DNA from: Octopus vulgaris
Lineage: Eukaryota
NCBI GenBank assembly: GCA_951406725.2
Contig: OX597820.1
Coordinates: forward strand, 23,064,001-23,128,000
DNA: 64,000 nucleotides
Reading direction: 5' to 3'
Below the pieces are notes generated by a model. It ran no database searches, was not told where the DNA came from, and was given only the letters and a program-made list of their open reading frames with translations. The translations under genes were made by a program, and so were the position numbers. Shown here in pieces: positions 13,665 through 27,017 of the stretch; position 1 is the first letter of the stretch, and each line of letters begins with the position of its first letter.

Positions 13665-14055
13665 TAGCTTGCTTCCAAACCACATGGTTCCGGGTTCAGT
13701 CCCACTGCGTGGCACCTCGGGCAAGTGTCTTCTACTATAGCCTCGGGCCGACCATAGCCTTGTGAGTGGATTTGGTAGACGGAAGCTTGAAGAAGCCTGT
13801 CATATATATTTATAAATATATATATATATATGTATGTATGTGTGTGTATGTGTTTGTGTTTGTCCCCCCAACATCGCTTGACAACCGATGCTGGTGTGTT
13901 TACGTCCCCGTAACTTAGCAGTTCGGCAAAAGAGACCGATATAATAAGTACTGGGCTTACAAAGAATAAGTCCTGGGGGCGATTTGCTCGACTAAAGGTA
14001 GTGCTCCAGCATGGCCACAGTCAAATGACCGAAACAAATAAGAGTAAAAAGAGTA
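13665..14055 (+). mobile_element. SINE family A copy
   Basis: Colinear with 44873-45250. Confidence 0.88.
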
Positions 14056-14937
14056 TGAAACTGTATGAATTTAATGCATTTATTCTCTGTGTGTGTATGT
14101 GTGTATTTGAGTATATATCTCTTGATAACACTAAAATGATATGGTGTTTATAAACAAGGTGAAAAATCTAACATTAAAGAAGAAATGATCTCATATCTTT
14201 CACTTGAGTGCAAAGTCAAAATAACATTCCTCTTTATTTTTTTTATTGTAACCTGTTTACTCAGTATTTATTTATTAGGATGTTTTTGATGGGATTTTTA
14301 ATGCATTTGTGTCTATGTGTACAAGGTTATGTTTATTGTGTATGCAACACTCCACTGGTTGTGCTGGAATGTTGTAGAAGATATTAGAATATTATAAACA
14401 CATATTTGAAGTAGTGATGAGCAACAGGACCACTGATAGCATTTGAACCATGTATCTGTTGCTTACTTTAGGGATCCCCAACCACCATGCCACAAACCAG
14501 TGCCAAACCCATAGATCATTTGGTACTGGACTTCATTTATCTCTTACTTGTTTCAGCCATACTGGGGCACTGCCTCAAATTTTTTTTTAGTCAAATGGAT
14601 CAATTCCAGTACTTATTGTTATTTTAAACCTGGTACTTATTCTGTCATTCTCTTTTGCCAAACTGCTAAGTTACAGGGATCTAAAGACACCAACACTTGT
14701 CGGTGGTGGGGGACAGACACAGACACACAGATATATATGTATACATGCCAAAGTTATTTTATTTAATTCTTCCTTGTTTTAAGAATTAATTGAAATAAAG
14801 GCAAACCATTTTAGTAGAAATAAGGTGACAAAAGGGTTAAATTTGGTTAAGTCAAAGTATAAGATATGTAAAAGTTTTGTTAGTGTTTTCTTTCCTCATT
14901 TTTCTTTTTTTTTTTATAAAATTTTTTCTGCACCAGA

Positions 14938-15212
14938 AGATGTTTGGCATTATGTGGTGCTTGAAAAGAAGACCCATCAAGCCAAGCAAAATTGCAGTCA
15001 TAGCAGATATTGGTGTCATACAAATGGCACCTGTGCTAGTGACACATAAAAACACCCATTACACTCTCAGAGTGGTTTTCTTTAAGGAAGGGCATCCAGC
15101 CATAGAAAACCATGCCAAATCAGACTGGAGCCTGGTGCAGCATGCCAGCCCAGTCAAACCATCCAACTCATGCCAGCATGGACAACGAACGTTAAATGAT
15201 GATTATAATGAT

Positions 15213-15215
<3 letters not shown>
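14938..15215 (+). mobile_element. Dispersed, diverged copy of the RTE 3' tail
   Basis: GGAAGGGCATCCAGCC, CATCCAACTCATGCCAGCATGG and (GAT)n tail. Confidence 0.75.
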
Positions 15216-15260
<45 letters not shown>

Positions 15261-15456
15261 TATAAGTAGATAAATGGTACAACAAGGTACCAATATTTAC
15301 TGGAAAATAGCAATCGATATAAATACGACGCTATTGTATAGCTTCACTGCGTATTTACTAGCAAAGACGTGTGTGTTGTGTACCATTTATCTACTTTTAT
15401 ATGTATACTTTTACCCTTATGCGGCTATCCTTTATTGAAAAGTAATACATTTGTAT

Positions 15457-15506
<50 letters not shown>

Positions 15507-15834
15507 ATGGGCTTCATTTAGTTTCTGTCTATCAAATCCACTCACAAGGCTTTGGTCAGCCTAAAGCTATAGTAGAAGACACTTGCCCAAGGTGCCATGC
15601 AGTGGGACTGAACCTGGAACCATGTGGTTGGGAATCAAACTTCTTACCACACAGCTATGCTTGCACAGAAAGAATATGTTTTTTTAATTTATGTCTATTT
15701 TATTGATTATTGCAGTCTGCAGGGTGTTTATGCATTATATATATATTATATATGTAATACATATCTGTTGTATATATAATAATTAAATTATACATTATGC
15801 ACTTTGTTTTTTTATTATACATGTGATCCCTCAG

Positions 15835-15904
15835 TCTGCGGGGAAAATTGTCTCACATGAAACCAGTCAGTGGTGCAAAAAAGACTGGGGCCACTGCTTT
15901 ACTG
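15835..15904 (+). CDS. Candidate upstream exon (SAGKIVSHETSQWCKKDWGHCFT-G)
   Basis: CCCTCAG acceptor and CTG|GTAAGA donor; 70 bp, phase 0-1, which would join 5290-5335 to exon A in frame. No homology support. Confidence 0.25.
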
Positions 15905-16398
15905 GTAAGATTATTGTTAACGTGGTTGTCCATCAAGCAGATGGACACAGATTCATGGTTTCTGTCTTATTAAGCTTGTTTCTTTTACGTCTCAAATTAA
16001 TCTGCTTCTTCATCATTTTTGCACATGCTGGCAAAGGTTGGTCAGCTAACCTTCCTGATGCCTAACCCTCTATGTCTTCTCATAACAAACCACTGCTGGA
16101 TGTTTTGCTTATCGGAGATGTAAACAATAACATCACCAAAATGTTTTCAAGCAAAGACATGCAAATACAAACATGCATGCATGCACACACATAATGGTCT
16201 TCATACAGTTTCTCTGTACCAATTTCTCAAGACATTCATCAGCCTGAGGTCATTCTCTTTACTCTTTTACTTGTTTCAGTCATATGACTGTGGCCATGCT
16301 GGAGCAGCGCCTTTAGTCGAGCGAATTGACCCCAGGACTTATTCTTTGTAAGCCTAGTACTTATTCTATCGAGACAAACATATACACATATATATATA

Positions 16399-16699
16399 TG
16401 GAGGCGCAATGGCCCAGTGGTTAGGGCAGCAGACTCGCAGTCATAGGATCACAATTTCGATTCCCAGACCGGGCGTTGTGAGTGTTTATTGAGCGAAAAC
16501 ACCTAAAGCTCCACGAGGCTCCGGCAGGGGATGGTGGCAAGCCCTGCTGTACTCTTTCGCCACAACTTTCTCTCACTCTTTCTTCTGTTGGCCTGCTCGC
16601 TTAGCCAGCAGGATGGTGTCATTTGAAGGCTAAAACAATGTGAAGCGCATTGTTACCAGTGATGTGTAACAACATCTGATAGCCTGGTTGGTCACGGTG

Positions 16700-16700
<1 letters not shown>
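16399..16700 (+). mobile_element. SINE family C (tRNA-derived head), nested in the (TA)n of a family A copy
   Basis: GGAGGCGCAATGGCCCAGTGGTTAGGGCAGC...TTTCGATTCCC head. Family A halves lie at 16255-16375 and 16745-16840(-). Related heads at 48660-48770, 49460-49750, 49770-50095(-), 53424-53670 and 5735-6000(-). Confidence 0.82.
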
Positions 16701-16742
<42 letters not shown>

Positions 16743-17245
16743 TATACGACGGGCTTCTTTCAGTTTCCATCTACCAAATCCACTCACAAGACTTTGGTCG
16801 GCCCAGGGCTATAGTAGAAGACACTTGCCAAAGGTGCCATCTAATAGTCATACCCAGAACCAAAAGTTTTGCCTGTAAATTTTATGATATTTATTATCAT
16901 TTTCGTTAAAATCTCAACAGTTTATTCATAAACATTGTACAAGTTGTACATTTTCAATAGATGTAACCACTGCAAGACAGAAATTACATTTCCAATACAA
17001 GTTTTATGTATTTTCTAAAAAAAGATTATTCTGTCCTTGTGTTGAGGTTAAACAACTGTTTATCTTTCGAAATGTTATCAAGTATTGAATATTTGTTTAT
17101 ATCTTTGTATCTTTGTCAGAATGGAATACCAAATTCATATCAACATTGTCATAATTGATTTAGTTTTCGTTAATGAAATAGAACGTCTTGACAGTTTCTG
17201 GTTTTGATAGCATAACATACACAAAGAGTGTTTTTTTATAACTTA

Positions 17246-17904
17246 TCTATTATATAAAATCCGTTCTGTCTGTCTGTGTGTGTCTCCTAGGATCTCAGGC
17301 ATCCTCCATCCGATTGCGCTCAAATTTGATATGTAGATACTGACGGTATCAGGGCATGTATAAGTCTTGAAAAAATTACAAAAATCGATTCCAAGTGAGA
17401 ATGCGATCGATAAAGCCGTGGGAACGTGCATTTGTACGTGCAAGTACATCAGCTGTTGTGATCAATACTACGCGTACGTGAGAAAAATGTACGTGCAGTT
17501 TGCGCAAAAAATGCCGGCTGGCTTGAAATAATGCCACAAAATGCAGTATATTTAAGAGACCAAAAAAGTAAGATGCAAAAGAGATATTTTCTTCAAACTT
17601 GGCATGAAGGAAGGAAAGACTATTTGGTTTCTCAAGAAGTTTTTTTGCCTTAACTTCGTTTAACAAAACCAAAAATTTTATTGAATTAAAGGCATGCTTA
17701 ATTATTTTTTTAATGAAAAGAAAACACTGATTGCTTTTTATTCAGCAGATATGATTCAGCACTGTCCATTGGACAGGAGGCGTTTTGCTCGTATAATGTA
17801 TAATGCAGTTTTCTACATGTGTGTTTGTGTGTGCACGCGCACTATTGATATATAAATCTTTATTTGGAAAAGAGATCAGAGTTAGCAACACGCAGAAACT
17901 CTAG
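17246..17904 (+). mobile_element. Non-autonomous Helitron-like element
   Basis: A|TCTATTATATAAAAT start, (TGTC)n and CCGATTGCGCTCAAATTTG body typical of such elements. Possible CTAG end at 17901-17904; the 3' boundary is uncertain. Confidence 0.5.
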
Positions 17905-18076
17905 CCTTTTTTTTTGCCTTTGAGCCCCTTTCATTCCTATTTTACTCCGTGAGTTGTATCCTCATAACCATTCAATATCTAAAAATACTTTGTATATTTT
18001 TATGATTAATTTTTTACGATTTATGGAGATGTACTTGCATAGCAAGTGACCTGATCTGAGATTGTGTGCTGAAACC

Positions 18077-18377
18077 AAAACAATTGCAGCATGGAAGGTG
18101 TTTATAAGCCATTTAAAAACACACAAAATCTTTTAGATTCACTTCAACATTTAATTTTTATTTGGCAAAATATTTTCATCGCTTTGAGACCACGACCTGC
18201 TCACTGACAAAATTCCGTGCCATATCTGATGCAGCACGGAATTTTGTCAGTGAACAGGTTGCAGTCTCAAAGCGATGAAAATATTTTGGCAAATTAAATT
18301 TAAATGTTGAAGTGAATCTAACGATTTTTGTGTGTTTTTAAATGGCTTATAAACACCTTCCACGCTGCATTTGTTTT
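18077..18377. repeat. Long near-perfect inverted repeat (arms ~144 bp, 13-bp spacer), Penelope pseudo-LTR-like
   Basis: 18077-18220 is the reverse complement of 18234-18377 with scattered mismatches. Confidence 0.92.
18244..18292 (+). ncRNA. Hammerhead-like motif with G3-C8 swapped core (mirror copy on the - strand at 18162-18210)
   Basis: TTGTCA-GTGAACA-G-GTTGC(loop)GCGAT-GAAA-ATAT-TT-TGGCAA: stem I, core GUGANCA, stem II, GAAA and palindromic stem III AATATT. Confidence 0.5.
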
Positions 18378-19635
18378 TATTAAGAATTGTATATTCAAAT
18401 GTTTTGTGTATATTTTAGAAATATAACCAGTTTATTGTGCACAAATGTTAACAAAATCTTTTATTGGACCCTAGTTGAGAACCACTGATATAAAGAATGG
18501 TAGGATTTTTATTGGAGACTTTCTGTTTTTCTCTACTGGTGCCTGCTTGGTGCTTTCTTAGCCACCAGTAAACCAGTTTATGGCTTTACTATTAGCTGTG
18601 AGCCAAATATAATTTATCTGCCCTCTGGTGATACAATCTTAGATTAGAAGGTTCAATCTCTCCCCACCCCTCCACTTACCCTCTTTATTATCTCTAATCC
18701 TTTTTCCTCTCATTACTTCTCTTAATTCTCTTTCACCTTCTCCATCATTACTACTCTTTCTCATTCACTCACTCTCACATCTCTGCTTCATCTGTGTTGT
18801 ATCTCCCTTGGCTGCTATTTGTTTTGTTTTGTTTTTTTATTATTCCAAGAAGCAAAAAAAAAAACACTCCAGTTCCTTCTTTCTTTCTGTCTTTTTTTAC
18901 TTGTATACTATCTCATTTACTGAACTCCCCTCTGCAACTTCAGTTATCTTAACAGGCTAACCTTTCTTATCTGTTCTCAAAATTCCTGATGGTTTTATTT
19001 TTCATGGTTGGGCTATATGAATAGAACTGGTACCTGCAGTAGATGATATTTCGGGGTTGGGCATGAGATAGTTATTTAGGTTGTTTGAATTCATTCAACT
19101 TGAAGCTTAATAGTTTGCACTAGTGACCTATAGAGTATTTCCTTTCTTACCTTACTACCTAACAGGCCTTCATCAGGTACTTGAGTGACTTAAAAACTAG
19201 TATCACTGACACAATATCACAAAATTTGAGAGAGGATCAGTTTTTTTGTTTAGTTTTCTTTCATTTTCTCAAGCTTGGTTTCTATGACATATAAGTGACT
19301 GAGATCACAACATTCACCCTGAACAGGGTGCCAGTTTATTACAGGGCTCAAAGCCAACAAGTCTGAGGGAAAGGGACAAGTCTAGTACATCTACCTCAGT
19401 AGCTAACCGGGGAATTTTATTTTATCAACCCCAATGGGATGAAAAGCACAGCTGACTTTGGTTAGGTTTGAGCTCAAAGCATAAAGAGCCAGAATAAATG
19501 TCGCTAATGATTCTACCAACTCACCTCCTAAATGTGAACGGATTACATCAGTCCCAGTATTTGAAAGCTACTTTTATCGACTCTTAGAGTGTAAAGAGTA
19601 AAGTTGGCTCTAGCTGGATTTGAACTCAGAATGTG

Positions 19636-19897
19636 ACTGGCTTCCGTGCAGGTGGCACGTAAAATGCACCAATCCGACCGTGGCCGATGCCAGCCTCGCC
19701 TGGCACCAGTGCAAGTGGCACGTAAAAAGCACCCACTACACTCACGGAGTGGTTGGCATTAGGAAGGGCATCAAGCTGTAGAAACATTGCCAGATAAGAC
19801 CGGAGTGGTGCAGCCTTCTGGCTTCCCAGATCCCCGGTCGAACCATCCAACCCATGCTAGCATGGAGAACGGACGTTAATCGATGACGATGATGATG
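19636..19897 (+). mobile_element. Dispersed copy of the RTE 3' tail
   Basis: Two pseudoknot-like modules plus conserved tail and (GAT)n. Confidence 0.85.
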
Positions 19898-20586
19898 AAT
19901 GTAAAGAGATGCCACTAGCACTTTACTGATTCTGCTATTCCACTGCCCTAATAATGATATTAGTTTCAAACTTTGGTACGAGGCCAGCAGTTTCGGGGAG
20001 GGTTTAAATTGATTACATCAACCCCCAGAACTCAGAATGTAAAGGGCTGTCATTAGCTCTCTACTGATTCTGCTGGTCCACTGCCCTAATAATGTTAATA
20101 TTAGTTTCAAACTTTGGCACTTCTTTTTATCGATCCCAAAAGGATGAATGAAAGGCAAAGTCAACCCTGGTGGAATTTGAACTCAGAACATAAAAACGGA
20201 CGAAATGCCACAAAGGCATTTTGCCTCCTAAACCTTAAGAATGTGTAACTTGGTAATAAGACCAACTACATTTTCATTTGTTTCTTTTTCCGAACATGTT
20301 TACAAATTTTTCAATGAATAATTAACACCAGAGTGAAACGATGTTTATGAAATTTCATGAGAAGGAAATAAATAAATGGGAAAGCATAATTGAAACCAGG
20401 AAAACAGAAGAAACAGACAAGCAAACTTAGTAATTAAAAATAATGGAATATTTTTTTTTTTTAAATGTATTTTTAGTTTTAGTAATAATGAGTTATATGA
20501 ATTTACTAAACCATCAACACATACTATGTAGGGTTTTATTGAGGGAAGAATACATGTGTGGGTGAAAACTATTCAGCTAATTTAAA

Positions 20587-20650
<64 letters not shown>

Positions 20651-20705
20651 CCTCCATAAGTATGGACATACTGAAGTTAATTGAGATATATATCAATGTA
20701 ATTAA

Positions 20706-20929
20706 CCCTTTTGTTACCACTTTCTTTTGAAAGGTTAATACAACCTTTGTTTCAATTAATTTTGAAAATAATGAAAAATTTTGTAAAATAACTTTGTCAT
20801 TATTAAGGCGGTGTTTGGAGCATAAATTAAAATAGCATTGTTTGAAAGGTTTTAATTGTAGATCACTCCCAAACGGGAAACTTGCATCTCAAATCAGACT
20901 TGGTCTCAGATGGGTTGGTATCAAAAGGG
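20706..20929. mobile_element. piggyBac-type MITE, related subfamily
   Basis: TTAA|CCCTTTTG...CAAAAGGG|TTAA. Confidence 0.75.
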
Positions 20930-23224
20930 TTAAGGTTAGCTGTAGATGTTTTGATTTCATTAATCAGTTGCTGTTTATATTAGTCAGAATACGAGGGAGT
21001 GATATCCAGACCGGTGAAGATGATACAGTTGATGATCTGCTTAGACTTTCCTTGGGTTGCTGTTTGTGGGGAAAAGAAAAGAAAAAATAAGTGTGCTTGA
21101 AGAGAAATCGATACAGTTGTAGTTGTGAAGGATTGATCAAAGTATTTAGCATGTGGGTTTGGTAAGTGAAACTTGTATTAACTACGAGAGGATGGGCAAC
21201 TAATGCATCGAGTGCGACAGGGTGAAAGTGGTACACAAGATAGCTAGTTCGGAAGAGCAGAAGTCATTATTTGTAGCTTTTATGATTTTAGCAGTATGTT
21301 TTTCATACACAGGGAGTGTAATAGAAACTGTTTCTTTTAACATCTGTAGTTATTTGAGTCTTGATGGTAGGGGTGGGGGTGGGGTTGTTGGAAGTTGATT
21401 AGGTTGTCTGGAGGATGTTTTTAAATTATTTATTCACGTGAATAGGGCAAGGTGTTCAAGTTGTACTTGGTAGATGTCTTTGTACAAATGGTTAAGGAGT
21501 GACGGATGGTATTGTCTATCAAGGAATGTATGCAATTAGAAGTAGGTTATTAATGTACAAAAGGAGGAGTTAGCTGAACCCTGAGGTACGCAAGAGTTGA
21601 TATTGGAAGCAGGATAGATCCTTATCAAAGCATACTGCAATGGAATGGTTACAGAAGGAACACCAAATTGAAACTTTAGTTTGGTTCTTTACTCACTGCA
21701 CCATCTGGCATTGAACTATTTCTAGTCAAAGTTGAGATCTCATGGAAGTTGAGATGCATTACATATACACAAAATAAGCTTCAAATTTGTAAACGGGGTG
21801 AAGCATTAGGTGTGTATTTGTGACATTCATGTATTTCTCAAAATCAGCAACAGATCTATGTGATATGTATACATCTTGGAGTTGAAACTAAATCACAGAT
21901 TCTTCTCCAATACTCACCACTAATTCTCTGATGCTCACCAATGTAATCTTATTGCATGTTATTATGCTGTGGTTAATTAATGGATCATATAAAATATATG
22001 TAATCATAACATTTGAATTAGATCAAATATGAGAGCAATTAATTTGGGTTGGTTTGTTTTTATAGTTTGTGTTTTAATCTTTGAATTTGTTTTAATTATT
22101 GTTGCTTACTTTCAGGATGGGGAAATATTTACAGTTGGTTTCAGTCTAATATTTTAGGATTCAGATTACTCTGTCAAATATAATGCTTATTTATTCACAT
22201 TGTTTTGAATTGATCATGCATTAACTTGTAACTTTGAAATTTCAAAGCTGTGCTTGTTCAATTTTAGAATGACACTGCTGGGTAGGTGTAAAAGGCTGGA
22301 CTGTAGCCAGTTTGAACACAAAATGGATAGAATATTCAGGCCAGATGTGGTCAGTTTAAATTCTGAAGGATTAAACATCTTGATTTTTGACTCAGTAATT
22401 GAAGATTTGAATAAAGTACTTGTGTCACTTGGAGTTGTTCTCTCGAAATAGATACCTGTTTATTTATTCTTGATCCATTTCCATTTATTGGGAATGTTTT
22501 AATCTTGTTTGGTTTTTATTATACATTTTTATTTTTCCTCTCAAAACTAAATATTCAACTTTGTATTTGCTGGGTTTATTAATCCATTGCTGTTGATTTG
22601 TTGTTGATGTGACACCTAATGTATATTGATTGTCAAATCATACAAACCAATGAGGTCAGTTCCATAATTCCTGAAATCCATTATTACATAATGATCTGCT
22701 GCCAATCTTGAGAAATACAAAACCTATTTGATGCATTTCTCACCAAAGAATTTAAATTTACTTTGTCTAGGCTCCTAATAACATATGAGAAGAAGTGTAA
22801 TCTTCCCCACTTTGTTTATTATTTTCTTTTGCAACTAAAGAAACGGTAAAATTTCTATCAAGAGTACAAATTTCATCTATTATTTTCAAGTCGCAAACTT
22901 GTCTATATATGCAATTTGAATAATTAAGAATTTTGTTTACCTAGACTGAGAGACTCATGAAAGGTATTGGTTATTCAGATTGAGTTTTGATGATGAGACA
23001 ACACAAGATTTAAGTGCCTTTCAACTCCTACCTGCTGGGAGTAAAATAGTTCTGTATGTTATTTGGTGCAGGGTCTTTGAGATGTCATATACTGATCGCA
23101 ACTGGAGACAAAAATGGAAAATCTTATTTATATATAATAATAATAATAATAATAATAGTAATAATCTTTGAATGGAATTCCATTCAGGGATTATTGCTGT
23201 TATTATATCTATCCTACATTATCT

Positions 23225-23543
23225 TGTGCCGGTAGCACGTGAAAAAACATTCGAGCAAGGTCGTTGCCTGTGTCGCTGGACTGGCTCCTGTGCAGGTGGC
23301 ACGTAAAAAACACCATTTGAGTGTGGCAGTTGCCAGTACCACCTGACTGGCCCTTATGCCGGTGGCACGTAAAAGCACCCACTACACTCTCGGAGTGGTT
23401 GGCATTAGGAAGGGCATCCAGCTGTAGAAACTCTGCCAGATCACATTGGAGCCTGGTGCAGCCTTTTGGTTCGCCAGTCCTCAGTCAAATCGTCCAACCC
23501 ATGCTAGCATGGAAAGCGGACGTTAAACGATGATGATGATGAT
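23225..23543 (+). mobile_element. Dispersed copy of the RTE 3' tail
   Basis: Three modules plus conserved tail ending GGAAAGCGGACGTTAAACGATGATG. Confidence 0.88.
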
Positions 23544-24495
23544 TATAGTGGGACAACTTCATGCAACCCTGAAAAACTAGCTCACTAGTCAGCATCATTA
23601 GACAGTGGTTGGCATAATAAAATGGAGCTTTATCTGCATATGCAAAACGTTTCCCATGAACAAATTTAAATAATATATATCATCATCATCATCATCATCA
23701 TCGTTTAACGATATATATATATGATACAATTAGCAAAAGAATGATATGACATGTTGGGGAAACTGGCGGCCGATAGGTGTCATTGAACGAAGAGCAAATG
23801 CCAATTTGTGAATATCAAATTAGGATGCTTATCTATAAATTAGCTAGACTAAATTAAACAGCTTTTTTTTTTTTTTTAATTTTTCACTTCACTGAAATTA
23901 AAATGAAAAATCCTTGTCTGTGGTTGTTATATATCACCATGTTTGTCATTGAAATAAAATCAATGTTCTGTTTGATTTAACATTTCAAAATGAAGTAATG
24001 AAATTCTCTGTTAAATGTATAGTAAATTCTGACATCTAAATAACAGATTATAGTTTTTGAATACTTTATATACAAAAACACTACACAGAACAGGTTTTTA
24101 ATTGTATTTACTCTTCTCATTACTTTGAAAATATTGTGTACACAACACACATGGCTACTACACCCATCTCTTTTCAGGAATACATACTTTTAACATGCTA
24201 ACTTTTGCAAACACAACCATTTTTTTCTGACACCTACATTCAGGTATATATTCACATACACCTGCCTTGTAACATAGACAAAAGTATGTCAAAATATATT
24301 TATAAAATTCTTGATTTATAAAATGTGTAATGATAGCATCAAAACTACCAATACTATGTTCACTTACCTAAGATACACTTTTTTGGAACTGTTTTATCTA
24401 TTTCTTTCCTTGAAGTCTTATCTCTGACTATCTGTAAGAGATGGCCTGGATTTAGGCAGTTTTGTATATGTTTGTGTCTGTGTGTTTTAAGTATG

Positions 24496-24497
<2 letters not shown>

Positions 24498-24568
<71 letters not shown>
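24498..24568. repeat. (TG)n microsatellite
   Basis: Directly visible. Confidence 0.98.
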
Positions 24569-24570
<2 letters not shown>

Positions 24571-25252
24571 CTCCAGATGTATATGCATATATCAGAGCAA
24601 GTATGTGTGTGTTTACATATATATATGTGCATACATCTGAGTATGTGGGTGTATACATATAAATAAATGGATGCATGTATGTACATATGTATTTACCTGA
24701 TACCCTGCCTTTGATAACACTCAGCTGGAGTATTATTTTGTTGTGAGACCAAAACCTTCCATTCTTTTCTCATGAGAAATGGCTGAATACTTTTTACAAA
24801 ATATTTAGTGAAATTCACCGGCTGCTAATTTACCAAATGTTCTCGAAATTAATACTTATTTTCTTCCCCCTTTTTCCTTTTACTCTTCTATTAACTGAAT
24901 TAGATTGACAGGGTAAAGAAGTTGGGATAGAAACTCTATCAGAGTGGGTAGTTAGGTAATTAAGGATGACAATTCTGCAGTAGCTATAGATCTCTGAGTA
25001 TATAAGTTTAGTTTGGGATTTTGGATGCAGCAGCATCGTGAATTACTGGAAAGTTAGAGATTTTAACTAGAGAGAGATTTGCACGAGACAGACGACTTAC
25101 TGGCAACTGGTGATAATGGACCAAGTAGAGAAAGTGGTACAGAGAATAAAGTATAGCAAAGTTTTAGTACAAGACAGTTACATTGAATTAGATGTGGTTT
25201 GGGTGTTTGTACCAGGACATGGACCCAAAGCTAACATATTTCTAAAGAGATA

Positions 25253-25700
25253 GGCGTAAGAGTGGCTGTATAGGCGTAGGAGTGGCTGCGTGGTATGTAG
25301 ATTGCTTATGAACCACATGGTTCTGGGCTCATTCCTACTGCATGGCACCTTGGATAAGTGTCTTCTACTATAGCCTCGGGCCAACCAAAGCCTTGTGAGT
25401 AGATTTGGTAGACGGAAACTGAAAGAAGCCCATCGTATATATATATATATATATATATATAGATATATATATATATATGTATGTGTATGTATATATTTGT
25501 GTGTTTGTGTTTGTCCACCCAACATCGCTTGATAACCGATGCTGGTGTGTTTACATCCCCGTAACTTAGCAGTTTGGCAAAAGAGACCAATAGAATAAGT
25601 ACTAGGCTTACAGAGAATAAGTCGTGGGGTCGATCTGCTCAACTAAAGGCGGTGCTCCAGCATGGCCACAGTCAAATGATTGAAACAAGTAAAGAGATAA
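25253..25700 (+). mobile_element. SINE family A copy
   Basis: Colinear with 44873-45250; 5' start duplicated (TAGGCGTAAGAGTGGCTG twice). Confidence 0.88.
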
Positions 25701-25929
25701 CGGTGAAGTAGTAGTTAGTGCTCGGACATGAATAAATAGCTTCACTTTGTATTTGCCAATCTAGAAAATACCATTGAAACTGTCCAACACTCTAATTTTA
25801 TATGCAAAGTCGGGCCAATATTACATGCTATATTGCTCTAAAAGTCTTTTGTCCTGAATATGTACTGCTGAAATTGGGGTGTGTCTAATGTACCCATGCA
25901 TTTTTTATGCCATCAAATATTGTAGGTGT

Positions 25930-26440
25930 AAAGTGAATGGCTTGTGAAAGCCATTTAGTTCATGTATGAGGGCGAGGTTCAAAGAGGAATGACCTGAGGA
26001 ATTTTCACCAGGGATCTACTTTCAGTTTTATTCTCTTCATCGTAGTCTTTAAGAAAATAGTTCGCACATGAATGCCCTCAGTAACTTCTGTATGGTTCTC
26101 ATTGCAGAATCTTTTGAAGACATGCAGACAAAAATTCCCAAACCTGGGAGAGTGATTAGCAATGAAAAGCCAAAAGCTTAATTAATATAGCACACAGCAA
26201 AGACAAAAGTTCTAATTAGTAGTAAAAAGAGACAATTTTTTTCAGTATCATTTGGAAAATATCATTGCTCAAAGAGTAAGACTGGAATTGACAAAATATC
26301 AATAGCATGTGTTTTATCCAATCATTAGAGATGCAAAAAAAAAACTTGGGTAACCTGGGTTATTATTATATACACCAGATGTACATAAGTAGTTAATACC
26401 AGGAGCACCTTTGAAATAAAGTCTTTGACATGCTCAGATG
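25930..26440 (+). mobile_element. Decayed RTE RT fragment
   Basis: Remnants colinear with 62130-62700: CACCAGGGATCT (HQGS), CTCTTCATCGTAGTC (LFIV), CTCATTGCAGAATC (LIAES), AAGACAAAAGTTCTAATTAGTAG (KTKVLIS). Confidence 0.65.
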
Positions 26441-26654
26441 GCTTGCTTTACACTTTTTAGTTTTTTCCTTTCTTATTTTTTTGTTATACAGATAAGGCAG
26501 TAAAAAGAGCAGCGTGTGAAGTCTTGCATAACGTTTGAGAATATGGTGCTTGTTGCAACATCTAAAAAAGGGAATACATATGGTTCCCTTTATTTTAACT
26601 TAAATATAATACTCCTACCTTTCCTACACACACACACACATTCTTTATCTTTTA

Positions 26655-26827
26655 TTCTTTTACTTGTTTCAGTCATTTGACTGTGGCCATGCTGGAGCAC
26701 CGCCTTTAGTCGAGCAAAATCGACCCCAGGACTTATTCTTTAGAAGCCTAGTACTTATTCTATCGGTCTCTTTTGCCAAACTGCTAAGTTACAGGGACGT
26801 CAAGCGATTTTGGGGGGACAAACAAAC

Positions 26828-26858
<31 letters not shown>

Positions 26859-27017
26859 CATATATATGGCGGGCTTCTTTCAGTTTCTATCTACTAAATC
26901 CACTCACAAGACTTTGGTCGGCCCAAGGCTATAGTAGAAGACAAGGTGCCATGTAGTGGGACTGAACCCTGAACCATATGGTTGGTAAGCAAGCTACTTA
27001 CCACACAGCCACTCCTA
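26655..27017 (-). mobile_element. SINE family A copy
   Basis: Reverse complement of the family A consensus. Confidence 0.86.

Noticed and set aside
16399-16475. tRNA gene (also other tRNA-like heads at 11215-11288, 48660, 53424)
   Set aside because: A/B boxes are present, but there is no complete cloverleaf or acceptor stem and each continues into a repeat body; these are SINE heads.
20950-21700. Possible exon (ORF 20842-21090) or decayed Penelope-like coding relic on the - strand
   Set aside because: The ORF begins inside a MITE and has no recognisable homology. The - strand shows only vague similarity with many stops; a translated profile search is needed.
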